Origin: Octopus sinensis
Lineage: Eukaryota
Reading direction: 5' to 3'
DNA length: 64,000 nt
NCBI RefSeq assembly: GCF_006345805.1
Contig: NC_043007.1
Location: forward strand, 15,562,001-15,626,000
Part shown: positions 1-11,756 of the stretch, in pieces
Layout of the letters: the number at the start of each line of letters is the position of its first letter
Position numbering within the stretch: position 1 is the stretch's first letter
Position numbers and translations under genes: made by a program
The notes under the pieces: generated by a model
Told to the model about the DNA's origin: nothing
The model's database searches: none
What the model saw: only the letters and a program-made list of their open reading frames with translations

Positions 1-96
1 ACCAGTCTTCTAGGAATATACATGTAACCCACCAATTTGTGCACTACTAATATTTCTAAAGCATTAAGGTTTAGTAGAAACTTTGATTAATAAAGT

Positions 97-300
97 GAAG
101 GCGCGTGAACAAATGGATAGGCGTTGACAGGAGATCATGGCTTCGATTGCCGGACCGGGCGGTGCATTGTATTCTTGATCAAAACATTTCACGTAGCTCC
201 AGTCTATTTAGCTGTAAATATCTTCCAGCAATAACTGGGAAGTTAACCCTGCTGAGGACCAGCGACCCGTCCGGGGGTGGCGTGTGACTGTAATCTCAGT
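97..300 (+). mobile_element. Degenerate tRNA-derived SINE, working family D
   Basis: The head GAAGGCGCGTG...GGCTTCGATTGCCGGACCGGGCGG has a B-box-like motif. It is followed by TTCTTGATCAAAACATTTCACGTAGCTCCAGTC and CCCTGCTGAGGACCAGCGACCCGTCCGGGGG, matching the copy at 24579-24790. Confidence 0.55.
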
Positions 301-639
301 CACTTATACACCTTAGAAATTAAACTGGAAAAGAACTGGTGAAGCTAGAACACTACACATTATTCTTGGCTATTTCTTCAGCAAATCATGAAATCGAAGT
401 TGTTTTATGTGTTTTGACGTTTCTTCGATTAGTTTTTTCTCAAACCAAATGACAATTTACTAATATTTGTTCTAAAATTAAGTCATGGTTCTAGTCCTTT
501 GATTAGATCCCATGTCAACTTTACTTCAACGATCATGTATTGCTTAGTTTCAAGCTCATTTTTACAGCTGGATTCCTCAAAATTTCATTGAGATTCTTCT
601 TTTATTTCAGGTTCCACAAACCTTATATATATGATGGTT

Positions 640-825
640 TCAAAATTTGGTCGGTAGGTTTTGATGGGGAGAGACAAGTCGATTACATCAACCCCATTAC
701 TTCACTGGTACTCATTTTATCAACAGCGAAAGGATGAAAGGCAAAGTCGACCTCGGCGGAATTAGGGAGATGAAATGCTGCTAAGCATTTTGACCGGCGA
801 GCTAACGGGTCTGCCGACTCGCAGG
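640..825 (-). mobile_element. SINE family A, internally deleted
   Basis: Contains GAAAGGATGAAAGGCAAAGTCGACCTCGGCGGAATT and GCTAAGCATTTTGACCGGCGAGCTAACG, the reverse complement of the family A core and head. Confidence 0.75.
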
Positions 826-856
826 CTTTCAAAACCATAAGTATATGGTATGGCCT

Positions 857-1069
857 CTTTTACTTGTTTTAGTCATTTGACTGTGGCCATGCTGGAGCAC
901 CGCCTTTAATTGAGCAGATCGACCCCAGGACTTATTCTTTGTGAGCTTAGTACTTATTCTATCGGTGTCTTTTGCCGAACCGCTAAGTTACAGGGACGTG
1001 AACACACAAGCATTGGTTGTCAAGCGATGTTGGCGGGGACAAACACAGACACACAAACATTCACACAAG

Positions 1070-1120
<51 letters not shown>

Positions 1121-1277
1121 CATATATACGACGGGCTTCTTTCAGTTTCCGTCCACTAAATCCACTTACAAGTCCTTAGTCGGCCCGAGGCTATAGTAGA
1201 AGACACTTGCCCAAGGTGCCACGCAGTGGGACTGAAGCCGGAACCATGTGGTTGGTAAGCAAGCTACTTACCACACA
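857..1277 (-). mobile_element. SINE family B, near full length, with internal (CA)/(TA) microsatellite
   Basis: Colinear with the copies at 45750-46147 and 49557-49944, from the tail CTTTTACTTGTTT through ACTTGCCCAAGGTGCCACGCAGTGGGACTGAA to the head CTACTTACCACAC. Confidence 0.92.
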
Positions 1278-2485
1278 TTATATACATACCCCTGTATATG
1301 ATATGGCCTGTATATAATGCAAAAATCGGTGCAGTGTTGTGCAACATTTCTTTCTCAACATTGATTCACTCAATCAGATTTCATTCACTGGGCGTATTTT
1401 AGCAGTAGCTTCAGTAACCCTGTTGCATGCAAAGTAACTCAAGAACAACCATTTCTTCTTTTAATACATGAAATCCTGTGAAGTGACTTCAAAGATGTTC
1501 AAAAGCAGCACTTTCAAACTTCAAACTGCAATTTACAGTATCACTTCTTTAATGTTGAATATTTTAATTTCCCCCAATCAACAAATCAAAACACGTCATT
1601 TATATTAGATTCTGTAATAAAGATTTTGAAAGGTTTGCCTGAACTAATGACATCCAACATGCACTTCATGAAAAGTAAGCGATGTTTAGCCGTCAGAGAG
1701 TGTAGTAATTCTTGGTCTTTAGTTGGATTGAATAAGAGAGGAATTTTCGGGCGGTCTGTAGGTGTGATCGTGTATAGATAATCGTCTGAAAAGACGATGT
1801 CTTCTACAAAATATTATACCACACACGAACCAAAGAGGAAATACCAACATAATCTCCGAACCTGCTGAAACTTGCAGTTAAATTTCTCCAAAACTGAAAC
1901 CTAGTTTCAAACTGCAAGTCTAGTGCAATAATTAAACAATTAAAAGCGAATCCTATTTCAGACGGAAGGCCATGGCAATGCTGATGTTTTGCGCTTTTAT
2001 GACTCTTTATTTTTAAGGCAATATTTGATTAGTATTCATTCTAAAGATCTCGAAGGGAGGAAAAGCAAAGAAGGCCTCAGCGGAATGATAACCCAGAACG
2101 TAAAGACGGACGAAATACTACTAATAACTTTGTCAGGTTTGCTAACGATTCTGCCAGATTTTGTTATAATCGTGTATTAGGTGGCAATCTGGCAGAATCT
2201 TGTAGCCAATCTAAGACTATTGACTGGCAGAGGAGTGAGAATGTGGAACTAGACATTTTGTCGTATTTTTCTGTCTGTTTGCGTTCTGTGATCAAATTCT
2301 ACCTTGGCCTACCTAACTGTCAAAGCTCACCTGTACATCAGCAGCTCACAACCGGGGTATCTTTGATGGAATTCACTCTGTTGCAAGCATTAAAGTCAAG
2401 TTTCCAATTTAATGATACCTTTGTCCCTCTTGCAAACCAGTTTTGGTCATGGTGAGAATTGCCTCTCTTGATCACTAAAGGTTTG

Positions 2486-2516
<31 letters not shown>

Positions 2517-2520
2517 TATA

Positions 2521-2930
2521 CTAGCAGCAAAGCCCGGTTTCACCCAGTCTGTTTGGATGATGTCTCTGTGATCGTTTTCGGTTAGGCATAATCTATAACA
2601 GCGTTCGTCAACTTTATCATTTCGTGTCCCCTGTTCCGATTGGAGCCTCCAGCTGTATGAAAATTTCCTGACCCCACCCTGTCAGAAAACAGCTTCTAAG
2701 CAACTGGTTGTTTTAATGGCAGAAGAAAGAGGGAAATTCCACGAGAAAAAGGTTTAATCTATTTTCTCAGTAAGTATGGGGGTTATGGAAAAAATACAAA
2801 CTGCATTCCAATCTATGCACCTGTCTCCACATATGTGCCATTTTTCATGCGAATCCATCCAGCCATTTGGCTGTGAACCTCAAGACAAGAAAGAATACAA
2901 CGATCGCCCATGTCCAATTTATATTATAGA
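2521..2930 (-). mobile_element. Non-autonomous Helitron, 410 bp
   Basis: On the minus strand it reads A|TCTATAATATAAATTGG...CTGGGTGAAACCGGGCTTTGCTGCTAG|T. This gives a 5' TC, a 3' CTAG, a short GC-rich hairpin just upstream of CTAG, insertion between A and T, and no TSD. Confidence 0.8.
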
Positions 2931-3571
2931 TAATTCACGTCTGTATATCTTTTTATCTGTCTGCCTGCGTGCGTATATGCACAGACTATATTTCTTGGCA
3001 GACATCCTTAGTTGTTACCCAGAATACTGAGAATTACTCATTCTCCCCTATATCTTTGCTATTTCTTCCACCATCCCTCTACTTCACGCCTCCACTGACC
3101 ACTTAAATAGAAAAACAACTTTTACCCAATCAGCAGAATATCTCTACTAAAATCTATTCTTTCCCTTAGCTTCGTTCAACCGCCTTTGTCATTAACTAAG
3201 AGGTTTACATAGCCAAGCTCAATGTAAATTAACGGTTCAATTCATACATGATAATGAATTAAATGGGCGACTGCCTGTATAGAAGTATATTATAATATCT
3301 AAATATATTAGTCACCTACGTACTAGACAGGCAAATATATTTCTACCAATGATTTGCTGCTATATTCCAACAAGGACTTAACGGGTGGTAAAGCGGTCTG
3401 TTTGTTGGATTTTCGGGAGTTACTCTATTAATGATACTGTAATACCGTATTACAACGGATTGATTTTTTTACTCCACTACCAGCCCCAAGTGTGTATGTA
3501 GTAAATATATTTATGTACAGGTATGCATGTATGTATGCGTCTCTCTCTCTACACACATAAATATATATATA

Positions 3572-3846
3572 TATCTGTAAAATAATATGTGACAATTATT
3601 CAGTAGCCAAGATAAAACTCTGAGTTTCGGATGCCGAGGTGGAAATCCACACCACCATCTCTTCGGTTAAAAAAACTCATCTGAAAAACCGAAGAGATGG
3701 TGGTGTAGATTTCCACCTCGGCATCCGAAACTCAGAGTTTTATCTTGGCTACTGAATAATTGTCACATATTTTACAGATAAATTCCTCTATTTACATAAT
3801 ATTGAGGTCTCTTTCTTTCTTTTGTTATCTTACCGTTTTAACCAAT
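3572..3846. repeat. Near-perfect inverted repeat (arms 3572-3668 and 3687-3780) plus a ~65-bp right-hand tail; probable inverted PLE terminus
   Basis: The arms are reverse complements with 1 substitution and one 3-nt indel around an 18-nt spacer. Both sides are flanked by (TA)n. The inverted repeat is certain; the PLE assignment is inference from architecture. Confidence 0.85.
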
Positions 3847-5529
3847 ATATATATATTTCCAATATCTTTCCATCTGTAGAAACACCATTTGCATAAAAGC
3901 AAAATTATTGAAGGTGGGATAAGTGCAATATATTTTTTCAGTGTGTACTGCAAAGCTTTTTCCACATGACCAAAGACATTTCAGAAAGAAAAATAGAGTT
4001 AACCACCGACTAGTTCGCTGTAGAATTCAAATTACTTTTCTCTTTTTCTGCAAAGAAATCTGCCTAACATTACAAATATAAAAATAAAACGATGTCCAAT
4101 GAGGATCACAACACAGTTAAGAGACTAATAGCGACGGATACGGATCATTTATTGGCCATTTACACGAAGAAACATTACCTTTCGTAGATGTGTTGAATAT
4201 GATTCACAAAATTAGTATAAGATACGGCTTCGATCCCAAATTGTTAGTGCTACGTGAACTTGAACGCTTCAAAAGCGTTGATATTTTGTTCACTACAGTA
4301 CAAATCATATACATACAGATATATATGAGTGAGAGAGAGAGAGAGTGAGAGATTTATTGGTGTATTTGTAAGTACTACTTCCATTTAAACGTTGACTGGG
4401 ATCGTAGTTAATGGCACGCTACATCAATTCTTATACAGATCTAAATTTGCGGAACAACCAACTAATACTGCCATTGAAATTGTAATGTAAAGCAATACAA
4501 ACAAATGCTTACTGAAAAGGAAAATATACAAATAAACGTTAATTTGATTAAAAACTGTAATCATTCTTATGCTAAGATTTTTCATTGCATTAACCTAAGA
4601 CGAATTGTTTGAAACTATAAGCCGTAAAGTCTCTTTCGCTCTCTCTCTCTCTCTCTCTCTCTACATAATACATATAAATATATATATATATATGTATGTA
4701 TGTAAGTATTGATTTCTTTACAGGATCATTCAAAGAGTGTCACAATTAATGCTTTTATTTTCTTCGATAACAATTAAATTACTTATCAGAAGGAGAAACC
4801 GATTAAGGCGTTGACCATTAAAGAAAGAAAGCCAAGCATGCAGGCCGTATCAGTCCATTAGTAGAATTAACAATTACGGGTGATGAAAGCAAACTGGGTC
4901 ATTCACGTATTAAAGGTCTAATTTTTAAATTCAAGTCATTGAAAATAATAGAATTTTCTCTTATCTAATCATGACAATAAGATTTGGTAAAATCGTTTTT
5001 CAAACAGAAAACATTTTACAAAATCGATACTGTTTCCGTTTACAAGCTACATATATAATCTTGATGAGTTGCAGCTAATACGGAAACAGACCAATTAAAC
5101 ATGGCGTACTCATTTTCGTTGGATTATTAAACTGTCTTGAAGCACTTCAAATACATGTTTCGCTGAAGGTAAGTTAATTCATTGTTTGTAACGTTTTATA
5201 GTTTTGTATTCTCTTGTTTTAATGTCTAAAATGAATTCAGCATTATGTAGTTTTCATTTATTACTTCTCATATAAGATTTCTCATTTCCTAAAATCCTCT
5301 TAGCGGCTCAAGTAAGTAAGAACAAAAACAAATGATATAATTAATTACTTCTTCCATTTGTATTACACTTTTAGAATAGATTTGATTCTTAAATTTTATA
5401 TCTCTATTGTCCAACCCATGCCAGCATGGAACACTGACGTTAGATGATGATGAGAAGGAGGGAGAGGAAGGGAAGATTATATTTAAAGCATAAATCTGCG
5501 TTTTACCTGCATTTTGCATCTCACAGCCG

Positions 5530-5750
5530 GTTTCTATTCAACTTTGCTTTGAATCCTCTCGGGGTCAATAAAATTAAGTAGTAACTAAATAGGAGTCGAT
5601 GTTATCGGCTCTTGTATTTTCTAGGGCAGATACGATATTTAACATGAAGTATGAGAGATAACTTACTCAGTAATCGAAATGTAGTAGTATAAATGACTCA
5701 GCCACTTGTCCTAAAAAATGCTGGCCTCGTGTCTAGATTGGAAGCCATTT
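5530..5750 (+). mobile_element. Degenerate SINE family A interrupted by a 93-bp insertion
   Basis: CAACTTTGCTTTGAATCCTCTCGGGGTCAATAAAATTAAGTA...GTCGATGTTATCG, then the insert, then TCAGCCACTTGTCCTAAAAAATGCTGGCCTCGTGTC. Confidence 0.6.
5605..5697 (+). repeat. 93-bp direct duplicate of 8142-8234
   Basis: TCGGCTCTTGTATTTTCTAGGGCAGATACG...GTAGTA(T/C)ATAAATGAC matches at 90 of 93 positions by manual comparison. Confidence 0.95.
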
Positions 5751-6074
5751 ACTCCATGATACAAGTAATTACTTTTCTTCATTAAAACAGATAGCAGAGA
5801 AATGGCAGAATCGCTCGTTTGTCGGAGACCAGCCTTGTGGGATTGCTTTCGGTTCTTTCCGTTCTGAGGTCAAATTCTGTCGGGGTTAACATTGCTTTCA
5901 TTATTTCGGAGACGATATGAAAGAAGACCAATCAAGCACTATGGGCGATGATATTGAACCCCCCCCCCCCCACGCCAACTTCCAACAAATTCCTTTGCGG
6001 TATTTGTTCTAGCTCTTTTGCATTCTGGGTTAATCAAATTATTTGTACATTTTCCTTTCAGTATTTGCTTGTAT

Positions 6075-6415
6075 AAGGTAAAGTCGACCTGAGCTCAAAT
6101 TCCACCGAGGTCGACTTTACCTTTCATCCTTTCGGGGTCAATAAATTAAGTACCAGTTGCATACTGGGATTGATATGATCGACTTAATCCGTTTGTCTGT
6201 TCTCTCTGTGTTTAGCCCCTTGTGGGTAGTAAAGAACTAGAAATAGGTATTTCGTCTGCCGTTACGCTCTGAGTTCAAATTCTGCCGAGGTCGACTTTGC
6301 CTTTCATCCTTTCGGGGTCAATAAATTAAGTACCAGTTATGCACTGGTGTCGATGTAATCGACTTAATCACTTTGTCCCCTATATGTTTAGCCCCTTGTG
6401 GGCAGTAAAGATATA
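6075..6415 (+). mobile_element. 5'-truncated SINE family A dimer with 15-bp TSD and short 5' inversion
   Basis: AGTATTTGCTTGTAT occurs at 6060-6074 and 6416-6430. Two tandem A cores are joined at AAATAGGTATTTCGTC. Bases 6075-6090 are the reverse complement of 6108-6123. Confidence 0.9.
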
Positions 6416-6709
6416 AGTATTTGCTTGTATTGCTTTGCATTCGAAATTCAGTGGCAGTATTAGTTAGTCGTTCGGCAAATTTAGATCTGTATAAGAATTC
6501 AAATCACTTCGAGGTCAGCTTTGCCCTTCATTTTTTTTTTCTGGGGTCGATAAAATGAAGTATCAGTCTAAGCAGTGGGTTTTATGGTATCAACTAAACT
6601 CCTCCCATTAAAATTGCTGTCGTTGTACGTAAATTAGAAATCATTTTTAAAGAGACGGATGAAGGAACATAGATAAATAAATAGGTGGATAGGTAGATAG
6701 GCAGCCAAT

Positions 6710-6835
6710 GTGAGTTCAAATTCCGCCGAGGTCGACTTTGCCTTTCATCCTTTCGGGGTCGATGTAATCGACTTAATACCTGTGTCTGTCCTTCTTTGTC
6801 CCCTCTGTGTTTAGCCCCTTGTGGGTAATAAAGAA
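6710..6835 (+). mobile_element. 5'-truncated SINE family A with 21-bp TSD
   Basis: ATAGGTAGATAGG(C/T)AGCCAAT occurs at 6689-6709 and 6836-6856. Confidence 0.9.
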
Positions 6836-9822
6836 ATAGGTAGATAGGTAGCCAATACAATAACAAACTTATTGGTAGTAAAATATAATTGAATCTGTTT
6901 GTTTAGTTCTTATAGAGGCAATATTTTATTTATTTGCTTCTATAAAAACGCTCGGATTTCTTGGATATGAAATAGTGATAGCACACAAACACACACGCTG
7001 AAACACACGCATACGCACATATTCTTGTTCAATAGGAATATGTAAACTGATCGTCATCTAGATAGTTCTGAAATTTCTTATAGCTATGAGCTTTGTAACG
7101 AATAATTTGTTTGGGGAAAAAATATGTAATTTTTCTTTCTTGCTTTCATTGTTTCTTTCATCACACGAAAATAATATCTAGTATTTCAACGTAGTCTTGA
7201 AATCGGGTGAAAATAAATTGCCTTTGAATTGTAGGTTTTGATGTGTTTCGTAACATAACTCCCGCGTACTACTTTCTTTTGGGCTTTTAAAACTGTAATA
7301 GAAATACAATATTTAACAACAATCTATAGCTTTCACATTTTCTTTTCATAAGAGACCTGTCAATCAAAACAGAGTAAACTAGTTATTTACATAACAAGTT
7401 CCTATTTTAATGTACAGGATATATTTTTGAACAACTGTATTTTATCTGAGGTTTGGAGTCAATCAAACCTATTTAACTTCTCACGCTGTGAATTTTTTTG
7501 ACAAAAGAATACAAACTTGACAAATCACTCTCTCTCTTGTCAAACCTCGCATGATTTATGTTATCAGATAAAAATAATTTATATCTATATTAACCTCCAA
7601 TACTTTTCCTTTTAGTACGAACAGATTCCTCGTTTTGATGTTGGTAGATAAGCAAAATCATTAGAGTTCATTGTTATTTCTTCTGAGTTTTTACGTTTTG
7701 ACTTCAAATCCTGCAAGCGTCAACTTTACCTTTCATCCGTCCGGGGTCGATAAAATGTTCTATTCAAGTACACATGCCAATTTAATCCACTTACCATTCT
7801 TTTCACATTTGTAGTTGTGCGTCTTAAAAGATATTTCTATCATAATAACGTTTTAGAACAACGGTGAGCCTCAGGCAAAATGTCTCCAGATATATCCTAC
7901 CGTGATATTCAATTTTTTTTGCTATTTTCTTTTATTTTTCTATAATTAACTGGGAACGCTACGGCACTGAAACCTATATATCTAAAATCAAATCACTGAC
8001 TAGTAAGACAGGAAACCATTATATTGTAATGGAATCATATTATCGGAAATATGTAGACTCCTTCATCATGATCTACTCCGTAAAACTAATCGCTGTACTC
8101 TTATTTCCTTCTTTGTTTCAAGATGATATCACACAAATACCTCGGCTCTTGTATTTTCTAGGGCAGATACGATATTTAACGTGAAGTATGAGAGATAACT
8201 TACTCCGTAATCGAAATGTAGTAGCATAAATGACAAAAGTGATTTGAGAGGAGGGAAAAATAGTGCGAACGAAAAGCTAATGTTGTAGTTTGTGTTATTG
8301 ATTGATGGAGAAGCTGAACACAATAATCGAATATTTCCTGTTGATGTTTCACCTCTTTGTAAAATGTCAGAGATAATAAATTTGACATGCAGTTCGTCTT
8401 CTTCTTCAGATATCTGGTTGAAATGCGCAATTACTGAAGTTCTACATAAACAGAGCAGATTCTGTAATCTTATACTCTACGTATACACAAATCGATTTTT
8501 TTACGAATACAATTCATGGAAAAGTGAAAGGCAGAGACACAACAAGTAATGTGAATACGATATTTGACAACGTATGCCAGGAAAGCATCGTAAATTACCA
8601 TTGGGTAGCTTCTCTTAAAGCCTTACATTCTGCTGAAAGATTTCCCTTAAACGTTAGCAGAAAACCTTTTAGTAGATAATTTCCTAAGCCATATTACTAT
8701 GTTGCCACTCTTTCTTGATATCACGCATCAGTTACTAATACATTTACATCCCAAGTTCGACATTCGACTGATATTTACTGCTATGATTTGATATGTTGTG
8801 AGAGATATTTAGTTTCTCAGCCTGAATAGGAGACTGACAATGAAAGATTAGACTATACTCAATAAAATAACTATTTTTCTCTTTTTAATGATATGTTTCG
8901 ATATTCGAAAATCTTTGCTGTTTGCGTAAATGCTACTGCTTCAACAACTGCAGATAAAGGTAGCGTAAAACTGATATCTAATGTGAAGTATAAAAGTTAA
9001 CATAAGGAAAACATAAAATTTGTTTCCATTTCCTCTTGCAAAAGTAAAACCTCTCGGACTATTTGGATCGAGTGAATATATTGAATGAATAAAGTTGAAG
9101 TTAAAAGAAAGTGTTTGATACTCATTCCATAATTCAGGGTTACATATTCATTTCCATTGCAGTATATGAGGAAACAAGTGTTTCTATACTGCTCCTAAAC
9201 GGTCTCCGTATTCAGAGGGTATAATGTGTTCAAAATAAAGCAGACTTGACTTAAAATATCTCCTGTTTATAACCTTCTTTGTAATACAGAAATTTTACTT
9301 TGAAGATTGGTGGCTTTGAAGCAATCGATACAAAAGCATGTTGAGAAAGTTTTCTACAAACGGAATCAATTAAATAAAAGCAGCAAGACAAGCATAGCTG
9401 CATGAGACAACTGAGCTTAAGGCTTCTTTTAAGCTATGTATTTTGTAGCGAACATATTTCAGACAACTTGTCGTCCATTTCAACGTATTTAGCGAAATAT
9501 ATCGTATAAAGACATCTGGATACAGCGAGCAACGAGGTAGACGTCCAAAAACCACCTCGAATAACACGCTTCTCTCTAAAAGTGAGGAAGTTATAGTAGA
9601 CTCATCAGAAAACGGGATGCCGATGGCTGAAAGTGTCTTTGATCATAGGTCTGCTTGAACAGGGATAACGTGGAACGAAACAATAGCAGCAATTTCAAGT
9701 GTTCGTATATTTCAGTGTGTGTGTGTGTGCATCGCAGAGTGAATCTGCATATTCGTGTCGAATGCATGTCTATATGTTTCCGTTTGTGTGTGTGTTGCTG
9801 GTGGTATTTTGTGACGATTTCA

Positions 9823-10057
9823 GCGGCGAGCTGGGAGAAACGTTAGCAGGCCGGGCGAAATGCGTAGCCGTATTTCGTCTGTCGTTACGTTCCCATCCGA
9901 GTTCAAATTCCGCCGAGGTCGACTTTGCCCTTCATCCTTTCGGGGTCGATAAATTAAGTACCAGTTACGCACTGGGGTCGATATAATCGACTTAATCCCT
10001 TTGTCTGTCCTTGTTTGTCCCCTCTGTGTTTAGCCCCTTGTGGGTAGTAAAGAAATA
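9823..10057 (+). mobile_element. SINE family A, full length
   Basis: Head GCGGCGAGCTGGGAGAAACGTTAGC (A-box-like), B-box GAGTTCAAATTCC, core GTCGACTTTGCCCTTCATCCTTTCGGGGTCGATAAATTAAGTACCAG, tail CCCCTTGTGGGTAGTAAAGAAATA. Confidence 0.95.
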
Positions 10058-11599
10058 TATAAAAGACGGGATGCTACAGCTTGAATACCATTTTTTATGG
10101 AATTGATCCAGCGTAAAGTACACTAACTAGTAAATGAGGTATGTGATTTCCATACTAATCTCAAGTGCATTAGAAACGGCAGTTAAGTGAACCAGTTAAG
10201 TGAACCAGCAGTAGACAATTCTCGAAAGCCTGTAATTAATATTTTACTTTAATTGACTACGCTACCACGTTGGCGCAAATATACAATGTAGTCAGTTGTC
10301 CACTAGATATTGATAAACTAATAAGACTTTATATATTCATATTGCAGGAAGGTACTCCAACTATAACCGCTAGTATAATATAAGCAATTACTGCGATGCA
10401 TTTATGAATATAGAATTCATTTCAGTCGGAATATACTTTCGGATAATGAATTTACATTGAATCGTTATATTCTGCTTACACATGCTGTGCGATGATCATT
10501 CTATTAATAAAAGTATTCAGTATACAATATAGGAAAAGTGTTGAATTTTTGAATTCGACCTACTTTCTGTGTGTTCACATTCGTCCGACCATTTATTTTA
10601 ACTTAGAGACAAGATAACATTCCATTGTTTTTCATTTGTATTTCTTTATCTTGCACGTCGCTTTGCTATGCTTTATATTTCTCTCTCTCTCTCACTCACT
10701 CACTCACACACTACAATATACAATCATTTCATTCCCCTGTTATACAATTCGGCATTCTATTTATTCGTTGTATGCCATTCATTCACTTTCATTTCATCTT
10801 TGCCCCTGCCCCACATGCACCTCACCTTAACCGCATCATTCCCTTATCAAGTGTCTCTTTATTGATTGCTCTGTCCTATTAATCACCTCGTTTATTTTCT
10901 TAGTCTTCACTATTGCGAACAACTTTCTTTAATGACTGCGCGACTAATTTCCTCAGACGCTAGGCCTTCATTTAAAGCAGAATAGGTCCGAAAAACAAAG
11001 AGCAGTCAAGTTAATTATACCAGGAAAGAATAACGAACAAGCAGGACAAAGTACAATAATTTACATTTACATATGGAATTGTTCCATAAAGTAAATCATC
11101 TACTCAAGATATGAACAGGTTTGATATCAGGTGAAAAGGTTGATATCTTATGCAGCTCGCCTCTTGGCAAACTTTCAAACTAATCAGGTGAGGGAGATTC
11201 TTTTCGGCAAACGCCAGCGTATCAAGTCAGTTGAAAGAATAAACATATGAGCCTTTTAAAATCTATTTCCGTTCATATTCTGTATAAATCAATATTTGCC
11301 TATTGTGCACATATTAAATATATACAATGTATAAAGTAAACTATATATGCTGTGGTATGGTATACATCGCCGAGCTCAACACTGTCTTTCGTTTTCTCAG
11401 AAACGACCAAATAGGTATCAGTTGTGTACATAAGGCGCATAAATCAATTATACCCATTCTCTCAATATGGGTGACATTGCGCCAAAATTAGAAACCAAAA
11501 TATATGTGTAAATGGAGGGAGGGATATTATGGGTGACATAAAGACAGGATATAGCTTCTCACTAACTTACCGGAGTTTTCTCGCTATCTTAGATATGAT

Positions 11600-11735
11600 T
11601 CTCATTTTTGCCATACTAGCGCAATGTGAAGAAAGTACCTTCTCCAAAGACACAAAATGCCGCCTAGATCGGGAATCGAAAACAAAATCTTATAATCTAG
11701 AAACCCACTTGCTTAACTCCTGAACCACGCGCTTT
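11600..11735 (-). mobile_element. Degenerate SINE family D
   Basis: Reverse complement reads GCGCGTGGTTCAGGAGTTAAG...TTTCGATTCCCGATCTAGGCGGCATTTTGTGTCTTTGGAGAAGGTACTT. Confidence 0.5.
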
Positions 11736-11756
11736 GTCATCATTATACACACACAA

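Noticed and set aside
1330-1680. Possible transposase/recombinase relic or a 66-nt plus-strand exon (1609-1674)
   Set aside because: The minus frames have multiple stops and no diagnostic motif, and the exon candidate has a weak acceptor.
3687-3745. Hammerhead in the 3.6-kb palindrome (CCGAAGA...GAAAC)
   Set aside because: The core is non-canonical (CC instead of CU), stem II is out of register and no stem I pairing is possible.
5090-5168. Exon ending at the strong donor AAG|GTAAGT
   Set aside because: There is no pyrimidine tract at the nearest acceptor, and the nearby ATG frame closes after 9 codons.
8040-8260. Cadherin-like words (FDYG, DHDEG) on the minus strand
   Set aside because: They are in different frames, there is no DxNDN motif and the spacing is wrong.
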